Part shown: piece after piece, positions 1 through 10,088 of the stretch
Layout of the letters: every line of letters starts with the position of its first letter
How positions within the stretch are numbered: position 1 is the first letter of the stretch
DNA from: a virus
Taxonomy: Duplodnaviria; Caudoviricetes
Length of the DNA: 64,000 nucleotides
IMG/VR virus record: IMGVR_UViG_2896054739_000007
Coordinates: 1-64,000 of that record
Reading direction: 5' to 3' (one strand)
Program-made: the position numbers and the translations under genes
Notes under the pieces: generated by a model
Database searches by the model: none
The model's input: only the letters and a program-made list of their open reading frames with translations
Told to the model about the DNA's origin: nothing

Positions 1-1206
1 TTATGTTGCTTTAAATTCTGGAATACTGCTAATAATCTGACTTTTTGTTTCTATATTTCTGCGATTTCTGTGATAGTGATTTTCTGTACAAGAGATATCT
101 GTATGTCCCATCTGTTCCATAATAAGACGACGATCTATATTATGATCTAATAATATAGTACCATATGTTTTACGAATCTTATGTGGAGACTTCTTGTATA
201 TTTCAAGTTTTTGACAATTTCTTTCTAACCTTCTTCTGATACAGTTGGTAGTCATTCTGTCTCCCTTATCATTTGTAAAGACATATTCTCCAAATGGATT
301 CAATGTCTTTATCTTAGAACATAGCCATACATAGTCATCAGGTATTACTACTGTTCTGACACCTGCCTCACTCTTTGGAAACTCTTTGACCGAATATACA
401 TATTTTCCATCTTCTCCAAGATATCTGGTTTCTGTCCGGCGAATTTTAAAAGTATTTCCATCAAAGACATCATGTTTGAGTGCAACAAGTTCACCTACTC
501 TTATTCCTGTAGCAAACATTAACAAAATCCCAATATTTTTACTATCAAGATTTTCTTTTAAATAATTAATCATTGAAGACATCTCTTCATCGTTGAAAAC
601 TTCTTCATAATCTTCCTTTATCGTTTTTTTAAAATCTGTTTCAGAAGTATCCAAATCTTGTAGCATTTCTTCTACATTGAATGATATAAGTTTTCGCTTT
701 TTTGCTCTTTTTAACATTCCACGTGTGATAGTTTTTAGATTTGAAAATGATTTTGCTGTTAATTCTTTTTCTGCAATTTGTTCTTCTAAAAACTCTTCAT
801 ATTCCTCTTCACAAACAGATTTTATTTTTCTGTTTCCAAATTCATTATAATGCCTGTAAAAAATTTGTTTGTTTCTCAAATGGGTAGCCATTGATATCTT
901 TTTTAGTTCTAATCTTCTATCATTCCATTCATGAAACACTTCTGATATGCAAGGATTGTCAATTTCTGATTTCCAGTATTCGATAACATCGTTTTCAATA
1001 GCTTCTCTTGTTATTCTTTTTTTTAATATCCTTCCTCTCTTCTTATCTGGTATATAAGTATACCATTTCCCATCTTTTCCTTCCCATATTTTATATGGAT
1101 GTTTCTCTAATAATTCCTTTCTTTTTTTCATTTTAATTTGCTCTTGCACGTATGATACATTAATCATACCATTCTCAACAGCATATTTCAATAATTCATT
1201 ATCCAT
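1..1206 (-). CDS. Tyrosine recombinase/phage integrase
   Basis: GIRVGE (catalytic R), HKIRKT (HxxR), MGH...HY C-terminal motifs. Start uncertain (ORF open to 1359). Confidence 0.9.
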   Translation of the reverse strand: MDNELLKYAVENGMINVSYVQEQIKMKKRKELLEKHPYKIWEGKDGKWYTYIPDKKRGRILKKRITREAIENDVIEYWKSEIDNPCISEVFHEWNDRRLELKKISMATHLRNKQIFYRHYNEFGNRKIKSVCEEEYEEFLEEQIAEKELTAKSFSNLKTITRGMLKRAKKRKLISFNVEEMLQDLDTSETDFKKTIKEDYEEVFNDEEMSSMINYLKENLDSKNIGILLMFATGIRVGELVALKHDVFDGNTFKIRRTETRYLGEDGKYVYSVKEFPKSEAGVRTVVIPDDYVWLCSKIKTLNPFGEYVFTNDKGDRMTTNCIRRRLERNCQKLEIYKKSPHKIRKTYGTILLDHNIDRRLIMEQMGHTDISCTENHYHRNRRNIETKSQIISSIPEFKAT

Positions 1207-1253
1207 CAAATACCAAAATAGGTTGGATAAAAAAATACTCCAACCCATCCTTT

Positions 1254-1691
1254 CTATGTAATTGTTATTTGTTTGACAAGAGACATTACAGCTAATAAAA
1301 TTAATACTATCGGGGAAATATACACGATTATAAAAGCTATAATATAAACAAATATACATATAGTCATTGCTACAACTGTAGTGAAAAACTCATATAAATC
1401 CTTCCAAGTGATTTTATTATAAGTTTTATCCCATAATTTGTACTGCTTTATATAATCATGTCTTATTTTGTTACAAGATTTATCACAAGAAAATAATTCT
1501 CCACAATTCCAATTTCTATATTTATGTTTGTCATGATGCTTCCAGATAGGAGGATAACAGCATTCTGCATTACATTTGTGCTTTTCCTGTATTTTTTCAA
1601 TATCATCAAAAAATTTCTCATTTAATTCATTTAGAAAAATATACTTGTTTTCAACAATACTATCTTGTCCCAGTACTTCCAAATCCTCCAT
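1254..1691 (-). CDS. Hypothetical protein with C-terminal hydrophobic helices
   Basis: ORF track; hydrophobic C-terminus; start uncertain. Confidence 0.5.
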   Translation of the reverse strand: MEDLEVLGQDSIVENKYIFLNELNEKFFDDIEKIQEKHKCNAECCYPPIWKHHDKHKYRNWNCGELFSCDKSCNKIRHDYIKQYKLWDKTYNKITWKDLYEFFTTVVAMTICIFVYIIAFIIVYISPIVLILLAVMSLVKQITIT

Positions 1692-2097
1692 CCCCTCGCT
1701 CTGTACCTAATAAGTCATCCGTTTCAACAAATTCAGGTACTATGAAATCTGTAAAAATAACCTGTGCAATTCTTTCTCCCGGAGAAATTTTTTGTTCACT
1801 GTTTGAATCATTATGTATTGGTATAAACCATTCACCTCTATAGTCACTGTCAATAACAGCAGTGCCCTGGCATACTACTAAACTTCGTTTAGTTGCCATA
1901 CCACTTCTTGAATATACTAAGGCAACTGTTCTATCTAGCATTTCTGTGGCAAAACCTGTTGGAATTTTTACTGTTTCATGAGGCTTGATTTTTATTTCTT
2001 CTTCAATGCAAGCAAATATATCACTTCCTGCCGCTTCTTTACTTCCTCTTGTTGGTATTGTTACATTTTGTCTTATTTTCTTTATTTTTACTTCCAT
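1660..2097 (-). CDS. dut: Trimeric dUTPase
   Basis: AGSD, SRSG, VIDSDYRGE, RIAQ, RGDGGFGSTG motifs. Confidence 0.96.
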   Translation of the reverse strand: MEVKIKKIRQNVTIPTRGSKEAAGSDIFACIEEEIKIKPHETVKIPTGFATEMLDRTVALVYSRSGMATKRSLVVCQGTAVIDSDYRGEWFIPIHNDSNSEQKISPGERIAQVIFTDFIVPEFVETDDLLGTERGDGGFGSTGTR

Positions 2098-2443
2098 ATG
2101 TTTTTTCCTCCATAATTTCTAATCGTTTAAGTTCTATTTGTATCTTTTCATTAATTTGATTAACCATATTACTATAATTACCATATTTTACACAATAAAA
2201 TGGCGCATATTTATTTCTGGTGCTATAGTCATAAACATCAATGTTTACTCTTCCACTTTGTAACACGATTGATAATTCACATTCTAATGTACATGTATCT
2301 CCATATCTATATACTGGGAATCGATACGTGTATAGATCAATCTCATTATTGCTGAATATTCTATTGCGTCTAAATCCATTTGATTGTAACCATTCTTTTG
2401 ATACATTTTCTTTTATATACATGTTTTCTACTAAATCGCTCAC
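2039..2443 (-). CDS. Hypothetical phage protein
   Basis: ORF with upstream AGGAG. Confidence 0.6.
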   Translation of the reverse strand: MSDLVENMYIKENVSKEWLQSNGFRRNRIFSNNEIDLYTYRFPVYRYGDTCTLECELSIVLQSGRVNIDVYDYSTRNKYAPFYCVKYGNYSNMVNQINEKIQIELKRLEIMEEKTYGSKNKENKTKCNNTNKRK

Positions 2444-2598
2444 AATTTATTCTTCTCCTTTATTTTCTTTATAATCACATGGAATACATTGTCCGAAATA
2501 ATATGTTTTGTCTTTTACATTGCAGTACACCTTTACTCTTGCCTTATCCTCTTCGTTAATTGTTGAGTGAATGCATTGTTCACATTCGCTTGTTATAA

Positions 2599-2965
2599 TC
2601 ATGTTTGCCATAGTACTATCCCACCTTTTTGTAATGATTGTTTTACATCAATGAGCCTTTGATTTTGGCTTCCTCTATAAGAAAGTGATATATTGCGTTG
2701 CGAATCAACGTATCTTCCATCTACAATTACATCGCACATTGATGCTATATTTATCCGTTTATTATGATTAATAACAGATTTATAAGTAAATTGTTTAATA
2801 ATATCCTCATTATCTCTATCAAATATAATACTACCGTATTCACTGTCTACAGATATTACTTTATATCCCGTATAAAGCCATATAGATTTTTGTGGACTTG
2901 AAAGACGGATTTCATTGACTAAATAAAGAGTTTTGTCCAAATTATTTTCTGATAATGGATCATTT
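2599..2965 (-). pseudogene. nrdG: C-terminal fragment of an NrdG activase
   Basis: IWLYTGY, DVIVDGRY, RGSQNQRLID present; radical-SAM CxxxCxxC N-terminus missing. Confidence 0.8.
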
Positions 2966-2998
2966 TCTATATAATCATTAATTACAATTCTTTCGTCA

Positions 2999-3178
2999 TT
3001 ACTCTTTAACATATAATCCACAATGACATTCACCACCTTCTTGTTCCCTAAACTCTTTACACATACACTTTGTATCATCTGTTTTTTCAATTTTGCATGG
3101 ACAATAACCGCCATTCTCTTTTATCTTTTCTCTAATTTCTTGTACTAATTCCTTATCTTCAGACAACTTAATTGACAT
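2999..3178 (-). CDS. Ferredoxin-thioredoxin reductase catalytic-subunit-like protein (59 aa, not in ORF track)
   Basis: MSIKLSEDKELVQEIREKIKENGGYCPCKIEKTDDTKCMCKEFREQEGGECHCGLYVKE: CPC/CMC/CHC motifs. Confidence 0.75.
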   Translation of the reverse strand: MSIKLSEDKELVQEIREKIKENGGYCPCKIEKTDDTKCMCKEFREQEGGECHCGLYVKE

Positions 3179-3179
3179 A

Positions 3180-3653
3180 TCAACTTATCCTTTCTGCATA
3201 CTGGTTGTCAGATGCTAAATAAATTCCTAATACTTCATCAAAATGTTTTTCATGATTTAGAATATATCTGCCAAACTTAACGATCAAATTAGGGAACATC
3301 TTTAGTTTATCTATATATTCTTCAATTTCTTCTTTATAATATCCTGTATAAATCACAATATCATCTTGTGTTGACACTCTTAAATATGCTATCAATCCGT
3401 ATAAGTCATCCCACGTATCAAATGGTTCAAGTCCTCCGCATACTACTGAAGATGTTATTGGATTATTTATATATCTGTTCACTATTGTCTTAAATCTAAT
3501 ATCTTTTATTGGAGAAGAAGCAAGTGCGCTGTTTTGACACACTTGCATTCCACATTCTTTATCACATTTCCAAGAACACGATGGAAAACCTATAAACATC
3601 GAAGGTTTCTTGTAGTTTATAAAATCTTCATCTAACAACTGCTTAATTATCAT
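3180..3653 (-). CDS. nrdG: Anaerobic RNR activating radical-SAM protein
   Basis: CSWKCDKEC, GGLEP, IYTGY; adjacent to nrdD. Confidence 0.88.
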   Translation of the reverse strand: MIIKQLLDEDFINYKKPSMFIGFPSCSWKCDKECGMQVCQNSALASSPIKDIRFKTIVNRYINNPITSSVVCGGLEPFDTWDDLYGLIAYLRVSTQDDIVIYTGYYKEEIEEYIDKLKMFPNLIVKFGRYILNHEKHFDEVLGIYLASDNQYAERIS

Positions 3654-5572
3654 TAGACTTCACCTTTCATATCTGCATAGGAATACCATTGGCGTGTATT
3701 GAATTCTCGTTTCCGATCCTTAGAATACGACCTTACAGGTTCCAGAAAACCTACAATTCTTTGATATGTGTCCATTACACCATGTCCACATTCAGGACAA
3801 ATATCAGTTCCTACAAACCCATGATGATTGTCACATTCGTTAATTCTTGTATTAAAAGCAAAATAAATCACGCCAGACTCAGCAATTTTATTCAACATAT
3901 CCCATGCCATATCTGTATTAGGAAAATTATGCTCTAAGTTGATATGTGCGATTGCTCCACCAGAGCATTTAGTATCAAGAATAGAACTCAACCTTAACTT
4001 TTCTTGTACTGTACATTTTTCTGAAAGAGGTATCCATTGGTTAGAATAGATAAACTTATCCTTCTTCTCATATAATAAATTATCTTTCTGGCACAAAATA
4101 ACCGCTGCTCTTTCTGCTGGAACAGATTCGACATTGTAACTAAATTCATCTGTAAAATGGTCTTTTACATCATTCAAGACCTCAAAAATTTTAGATGCAA
4201 AATCAATTCCCTGTTCTGTGTAATATACATTTCCAAAATCATCTCTCTGCGTGTATCCAAATGCCTCAATAACTTCATACAATCCCAAAATGCCGCAAGT
4301 GCAATATTGCTTATCCATTTCGATGCCACCATCACAGTAGTTAGGTAATAATCCCTTTTCGACATTCCTTGAAATAATATGACGGATAACATCAAGTGAC
4401 TTGCAACACAGTTCAGTTCTTTTCCTTAATAAATTTAGATATTTCTTTTCGTTAAAATCTGTCTCATATGCAATTCTCATAAGATTAATCGTATTAACTT
4501 TGACTGAGCCAATAGATAATGCTGTACCACCAATAGAATTGATGAAACCATCAAGCTTCGATGTATCTGAGAGTAAACGACAGCAATTACTAAGAACACC
4601 AACATTGTCACTCATAAAAAAGTTGCTATCATTCCAAGTTGTGTTATGATCTGAACACCATCTTGCAAATTCTTTATCTTGAAATTCTCCATCTTTATAA
4701 AGTAATGAATATGTAAGTACAGGGAATGTAAACATATTACTGCTACGGATATCAGATACTACTTCCATGAATATTTTCTGATGTTTAATCAGTTCATCAA
4801 TATAATCAATCGCAAAACTTCCATCAGGAAATTCTACACCACCAAATAATGCTTCAAGATAATGTCTATCAAAAATTGATACATTTACAAAAGCTGACTG
4901 ATCCACTCTTAAAAATGGCTGATTCAATCTGTAAATAAATTTTTGAAATGACTGTCTGATGTAATAATCTTTATCTCGCAAGAAATATCCTTCATCACAA
5001 TCTTTCTTCCAAAAGTAGAACGTCCATAATAATACATTCGGTAAACCACACGCTCCTGAACTTCTATTACTCATAAAAGACACAAATTCGATTACATCAT
5101 CTAAGAATGTTGTTAAATGACCCGGTGATTTATTGTTGTAGTCTTCCAAGAAAAACAGGCCTTCTTTTGCAAGTCTGGTTAGATCGTAAGCGTAACAGTA
5201 GGGTTTATATGTCGCACTTGGAGCATCATGCAAATAGAACCCACCATTATATTCTGTTTCCAACCATTCTTTTGCTGTCCTTAATCCATACTTCTTTTTT
5301 AGTTCGTAGAAAATCTTATTAAATGCAAATAATTTATCTTCTGACTTTCCTTTTTCACCTAACATGCTACAAATATCTTTATGATGTGCATTTGCATTTC
5401 CATCAATAGTAACGTCTGCAACATTTTTATCTACAAATCCGTCTATAAAATCAGAAAAATTAAGTTGTGACTCATTGAAACCATTCAAAATTTCGAAATC
5501 CTCACCATATTTTGCATCAATTGTAGATAATGCTCTCTCAAAATCTTTGTTCATTTTAATAGGAATATTCAT
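3653..5572 (-). CDS. nrdD: Class III anaerobic ribonucleotide reductase
   Basis: SNCCRL, PAE, SGG, CxxH...CxxC Zn site, RIVGF glycyl-radical loop. Confidence 0.93.
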   Translation of the reverse strand: MNIPIKMNKDFERALSTIDAKYGEDFEILNGFNESQLNFSDFIDGFVDKNVADVTIDGNANAHHKDICSMLGEKGKSEDKLFAFNKIFYELKKKYGLRTAKEWLETEYNGGFYLHDAPSATYKPYCYAYDLTRLAKEGLFFLEDYNNKSPGHLTTFLDDVIEFVSFMSNRSSGACGLPNVLLWTFYFWKKDCDEGYFLRDKDYYIRQSFQKFIYRLNQPFLRVDQSAFVNVSIFDRHYLEALFGGVEFPDGSFAIDYIDELIKHQKIFMEVVSDIRSSNMFTFPVLTYSLLYKDGEFQDKEFARWCSDHNTTWNDSNFFMSDNVGVLSNCCRLLSDTSKLDGFINSIGGTALSIGSVKVNTINLMRIAYETDFNEKKYLNLLRKRTELCCKSLDVIRHIISRNVEKGLLPNYCDGGIEMDKQYCTCGILGLYEVIEAFGYTQRDDFGNVYYTEQGIDFASKIFEVLNDVKDHFTDEFSYNVESVPAERAAVILCQKDNLLYEKKDKFIYSNQWIPLSEKCTVQEKLRLSSILDTKCSGGAIAHINLEHNFPNTDMAWDMLNKIAESGVIYFAFNTRINECDNHHGFVGTDICPECGHGVMDTYQRIVGFLEPVRSYSKDRKREFNTRQWYSYADMKGEV

Positions 5573-5590
5573 GTACCTTATCAGTCCTCC

Positions 5591-5791
5591 CTAATTGTTA
5601 TTAATCCAATCACTTGCTGTTTTGAAATCCATACTCACACCATCCACTTCAAGAATTGGCACAGATAAATAACCTTTTTCTTTCATAGTCTCAATATCAT
5701 TTACTTCTTCATATGATATATTTTTCTGTTTTAACTTTTTCTCTAATACACTGCATTTAGGACAGTGCGTAGAATACAAAATTACTGTCAA
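5591..5791 (-). CDS. Glutaredoxin/NrdH-like redoxin
   Basis: CPKC active site and SVP motif. Confidence 0.88.
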   Translation of the reverse strand: MTVILYSTHCPKCSVLEKKLKQKNISYEEVNDIETMKEKGYLSVPILEVDGVSMDFKTASDWINNN

Positions 5792-6481
5792 TAACCATTC
5801 CCCTCCTCACATCGTTAATAAAGCACATCCCAAAATAATAATTCCAATACCTACAACTGCTTTCCAGTCAATCTCAAATTTCCAAAGACCATCCCATAAA
5901 TTAATCTTCATATAATTTCACCTACTTTCTCATCCTTTGAAACAGGCATCTCAACTTTTAAAATTTCTAGTCAACGCATGTAATTTTTATCTAATGTCTC
6001 GTATTTTTCAATGATACTTTCATTATTTTTACTGCCTGTTTGCCCTATTCTACCGCCAATAGTTCCAACAACATATTTATTTCTTCTACTGTAAAACCCA
6101 TATCTTATAATTCTGTATATATCCAAAACATTTTTTTTATTTCTTCGCTGCAAAACGCTTCATCAACTGTACACCCGTTATTGTTACAGTATTCATCAAC
6201 GAATTTTCTAAAATTTGAATTATATCTGTATTCATTTTTCATTAAATTTGTCATGTCCTACCTCTTCAAATTTCCATTACCGCCATCACGCAAATTTAAT
6301 GCCCAATGTGTTACAGAATCATTAAAATTTGCGTGTGTAACGACTCTTTGTGTATTACTAATTATATATTCTTCATCGCCAAGCATAGCTGTGATGAAAC
6401 CGACTGGTTTACTTAACAGTTCTTTGGCTAATGCATGGCTCGTACTAATTACTTCTAAAATTTCTAATATCTCATTTCGCT

Positions 6482-6937
6482 TTAATTGTACCTATCTACA
6501 TAATATCTGTAGATGTAATCTATTGCACGTTTCATAGCATCTTTGCCAATCTCGAATCTATCAATCTGCTCAATCTTCCAAGGATGAATATTTTTTACTT
6601 CTGAATCATCATCAATAAATCCAATAACAGGTTTACCACTGATAAACGCATATAAAATTTCATCGCTTGTTCCAAGTGAACTATGTAAATCTCTAAGGTT
6701 GCATAATACTATATCTGCTTCTCTAACCATTCTTAAATCAAATCGCATAACTTCTGTTTCAGAATGGTGATAGTTCTTACCTATCTCATAAAAATCTGTT
6801 GGCGATACAAGTGATATATCTTCATAAAGTTGCTTTACATATTTCTTTGCATCTTCTCTCCACTTTTTAGGATAGTCGTGCTGATCCGTATTAAAATAAC
6901 AACTCATAGCACCTGCAAGGTAAATTGTTTTATTCAC
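6482..6937 (-). CDS. Nucleoside 2-deoxyribosyltransferase-like protein
   Basis: IYLAGAM, D..MVREADIVL, SLGTSDE, GKPVIG. Confidence 0.82.
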   Translation of the reverse strand: MNKTIYLAGAMSCYFNTDQHDYPKKWREDAKKYVKQLYEDISLVSPTDFYEIGKNYHHSETEVMRFDLRMVREADIVLCNLRDLHSSLGTSDEILYAFISGKPVIGFIDDDSEVKNIHPWKIEQIDRFEIGKDAMKRAIDYIYRYYVDRYN

Positions 6938-7457
6938 TATCAATAACCTCCTGAACAAAATCTTTTGCTTTACCATTCAATTCTTCTTTTGTGCCACTAT
7001 TATCAATAATGAAGTCATAGTTATAATTAAATACATTTTCATCTGCCATATTAGAAGTAATATGTTTTACTGAATTTCTAATGATTAATAATGTCTTTGC
7101 ATCAAATTCTTTTACTGCTCTGGCAATTTCTTTCGGCTCTCTGATATGTAAGAATAGAAATCTACTTTCTTCGTCTTTCATAAATTCAGCAACTTTACTT
7201 TTCATACTTTCAAATGGCATATCACAATATTCACTTGTTAAAATTTTCAAATCAGATAGAAATTTTCTATCTTTTTCGGACTTTTTACCATTCCATCCTA
7301 TTTCTCTAGCTATCTCTTTTACTTTATCAACAGAAGAAAAATTAATTACTGTATGAAATTTTTTAAACAAATCATTTAATTCTGTAGATACAAATTCTAC
7401 AAATGTATCTTTACCAACTCCTCCAGAACCATTAATTATAAAAATCTGTTTATCCAA
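6930..7457 (-). CDS. P-loop nucleotide (dNMP-type) kinase
   Basis: INGSGGVGKDT Walker A; YDFIIDNSGT C-terminal motif. Confidence 0.72.
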   Translation of the reverse strand: MDKQIFIINGSGGVGKDTFVEFVSTELNDLFKKFHTVINFSSVDKVKEIAREIGWNGKKSEKDRKFLSDLKILTSEYCDMPFESMKSKVAEFMKDEESRFLFLHIREPKEIARAVKEFDAKTLLIIRNSVKHITSNMADENVFNYNYDFIIDNSGTKEELNGKAKDFVQEVIDSE

Positions 7458-7478
7458 ATGCTACCTCCTGTATTTATA

Positions 7479-7574
7479 TCATGAAATAATCTTTTCAAAG
7501 CCATGATGTGTTGCCAGTTCGTTTTCGATTGTGGACTTCCCTGATCCGGAAGCCCCTAGTAAGACAATAATCAT
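7479..7574 (-). pseudogene. gmk: Guanylate-kinase-like N-terminal fragment (31 aa)
   Basis: MIIVLLGASGSGKSTIENELATHHGFEKIIS-stop; ends just before the expected S-x-TTR motif. Confidence 0.78.
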
Positions 7575-8074
7575 ATATGTATCTTCTCCATTCTCTTATA
7601 TGTGCAAAAATTATATTCAATATTGGAATAAGTTTCCTTTTCACTTTCATATATAATTTCCCACTTTGTATTATTATCAAGATTTGGGAAAAAAGAATCT
7701 GCTTCAAAATTACTATATATTTTAGTCACATAAGCAGTATCACATTTATCTAACAGTTGCTTATAAATTGATTCTCCACCGATAACATAAATATCCTTAG
7801 TCTCATATTTTTTCAATTCGTCATATAAATCATCCAAACAATTTAATACAACTGCATTACAAACTTGATAATTAATATCATTAGTTAATATAATATTTAA
7901 TCTGCCTTTTAATGGTAGTCCATTCGGAAAACTCTCAAAAGTCTTACGACCCATAACAACAGTCTTGCCAAATGTTGAATCTTTGAAAAATCTTTGATCT
8001 TTTGGAATACGAATTAGTAATTCGTTTTTATTTCCAATTGCCCAATTTTTATCTACTGCTACAATTAAATTCAT
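7571..8074 (-). CDS. folA: Dihydrofolate reductase
   Basis: IVAVDKNWAIG, VVMGRKT, PLKGRLN, IGG, DSFFP. Confidence 0.96.
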   Translation of the reverse strand: MNLIVAVDKNWAIGNKNELLIRIPKDQRFFKDSTFGKTVVMGRKTFESFPNGLPLKGRLNIILTNDINYQVCNAVVLNCLDDLYDELKKYETKDIYVIGGESIYKQLLDKCDTAYVTKIYSNFEADSFFPNLDNNTKWEIIYESEKETYSNIEYNFCTYKRMEKIHI

Positions 8075-8084
8075 AATATTTTCC

Positions 8085-8924
8085 TTATATTCCTAATTCA
8101 AATTTTAACTGAGGTTTATTTGACTCATATCCTTTCAAAACAAAGTCATCAACAGTAATAGAATAAAAATCTTTTTTATCTGGATTTAGTTCTAATATTG
8201 GATGACAGTCGATTGGTTCTCTCTTTAACATTTCTAATGCATTATCTACATGCCTGTCATAGATTTGCTGGTTAGCAATAAAGTGTGTAAACACCCCTGG
8301 TTTATATCCACAATGTCTTGCTACCATCATCATTAACGCCACATATTGCATCTGATTTATGTTACCTGCTGTCAACCAATCAGAACTGCGCTGATACATA
8401 ATCATATCAATATATTCTCCACGAACTAAGAACTGTGTCTGATAGCAACATGGTTTTAATCCATGAGGTCTATTAAAATCTTCTTTCTGCCATAAATTAA
8501 TAATGTGCCTTCTTCCATATGGATCATTAACAATTTCATCTAAAATAGGTTTTACAAGATTATGCTTTCTTACTGTTTCTCCATAACATGAGCCGATTGT
8601 TCTGTCGCCAATATCCCATGAGTCCCACCAGTCAACATTATACTTATCTCTAAGCAAATCAAGATTATTGCTCTCATCCTGATATATCCAAAGAATTTCA
8701 CCAATAGCTTTCTTAAAATAAATTGGTCTTAATGTAGTAATTGGAAACTCATTTTTGCTAATATCATATGTATGAACCACGCTATTTACTGATAAGGTAT
8801 GTGCTGGTGTTCCATCCTCATAATGTGGTCTTGGATTTACATCTTTATATCCATCATTTAAAATATGGCTTATAGATTTAATCATATATTTATCTGCTTT
8901 TATCATTCTACTTTTACACCTCAA
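8085..8924 (-). CDS. thyA: Thymidylate synthase
   Basis: RRHI, PCC catalytic Cys, YQRSSD, N...Y, QIYDRH. Confidence 0.95.
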   Translation of the reverse strand: MRCKSRMIKADKYMIKSISHILNDGYKDVNPRPHYEDGTPAHTLSVNSVVHTYDISKNEFPITTLRPIYFKKAIGEILWIYQDESNNLDLLRDKYNVDWWDSWDIGDRTIGSCYGETVRKHNLVKPILDEIVNDPYGRRHIINLWQKEDFNRPHGLKPCCYQTQFLVRGEYIDMIMYQRSSDWLTAGNINQMQYVALMMMVARHCGYKPGVFTHFIANQQIYDRHVDNALEMLKREPIDCHPILELNPDKKDFYSITVDDFVLKGYESNKPQLKFELGI

Positions 8925-8965
8925 ACTTTCTCATATCTTCAATAAACGATGAAATAACACTTTTA

Positions 8966-9202
8966 TTATAAAAATTGTTCCATATGTTCATTAAACCTTG
9001 CAATTTCAGCACGATCATCACTAATAATTCTAATTGTTACTGGCTTTGATAAATCTATGGTATAAATTCCAAGTGTTGATTTTGCATCTATCACATATCT
9101 ATCTCTTAAAATATCAATATCACTGTTAAATTTATTCGCTTCATTCGTAAATTCTCTTACCTTTTCAAAATCATTTAAATTTAATGTTAATTCTGTATTC
9201 AT
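8966..9202 (-). CDS. HPr-family protein
   Basis: NKFNSDI...VIDAKSTLGI (Ser46 motif); no His15 equivalent. Confidence 0.78.
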   Translation of the reverse strand: MNTELTLNLNDFEKVREFTNEANKFNSDIDILRDRYVIDAKSTLGIYTIDLSKPVTIRIISDDRAEIARFNEHMEQFL

Positions 9203-9205
9203 TTT

Positions 9206-10021
9206 TTATTCTCCTTGTTTTAAAATATTTTTATCATATACAATCAATGAATTCACAGGGCTGTCCCATCCCACATTACATGAAGAAATATCGCCATCAC
9301 GTTTTATATCTGATTCCAAAAAATTAATATCAACGATAAATTCTGATACACAACCATTCTCTGCTGTTGTAATATTATCTTCCAATGTGTCATTTGGTGA
9401 TTTTATATCTCCTACTATGCACTGTATTATATTTCCATTCTCTAATATCAAGTCTATATATGTTCCAACATCTACATTAAACGCACTGCCTACAGCAACG
9501 CAATATCTATCGCCTACTTGTCTAATCCCAAAATTCCCAGTATGGGCTAAACTAATCTGAAGCTCATATTGCATTGAAGAGATATCTGTAATTGCTGTAT
9601 ATGGCATAAATGATTTAAAGCCATTATTTGTTGGGAAATTATACATTACACTTTTACAAGTTTCATTTGAAATATATTTCTTACTAATATATGCAATATC
9701 ATTTTTTGAATCATTATTATGATATTTGCAGAATACGATTTCCCAATTATCGTTATAATCACATATTAAAATTTCACTGTTAAATGGAATTATATATAAT
9801 ATTTCTGCTTCCAAATTAGGCTCACTTCTCATATTTAAATTATCAGTAGTATATGCTATATAACATTGATTACTTCTATTTTCTTTAACATGCAATACTT
9901 CACGAATATCATTTGTTACACCTGCATATGCACCACTATTTTCTTCTCCATATGCTGAAATATTAGGCAAACTTAAACAAACTATCATTGCTAATAGAAA
10001 AATCTTTATTATCTTATACAT
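9206..10021 (-). CDS. Secreted SH3b-domain cell-wall-associated protein
   Basis: N-terminal signal-like segment; LNMRSEP...YISKKYI SH3b pattern. Confidence 0.65.
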   Translation of the reverse strand: MYKIIKIFLLAMIVCLSLPNISAYGEENSGAYAGVTNDIREVLHVKENRSNQCYIAYTTDNLNMRSEPNLEAEILYIIPFNSEILICDYNDNWEIVFCKYHNNDSKNDIAYISKKYISNETCKSVMYNFPTNNGFKSFMPYTAITDISSMQYELQISLAHTGNFGIRQVGDRYCVAVGSAFNVDVGTYIDLILENGNIIQCIVGDIKSPNDTLEDNITTAENGCVSEFIVDINFLESDIKRDGDISSCNVGWDSPVNSLIVYDKNILKQGE

Positions 10022-10088
10022 TTATTTTCCTACAAATTTTGAATTCTATTTGATATATGTTTACGAGTTACATTTATTACTTCTCTAT

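Noticed and set aside
2599-3114. 171-aa ORF as an intact NrdG
   Set aside because: No radical-SAM cysteines; its 5' part is an alternative frame of the FTR-like gene
4887-4897. 11-nt match (ACAAAAGCTGA) between nrdD and sequence 3' of the downstream scaffold, as a guide target
   Set aside because: Too short, guide boundary unknown, compatible with chance
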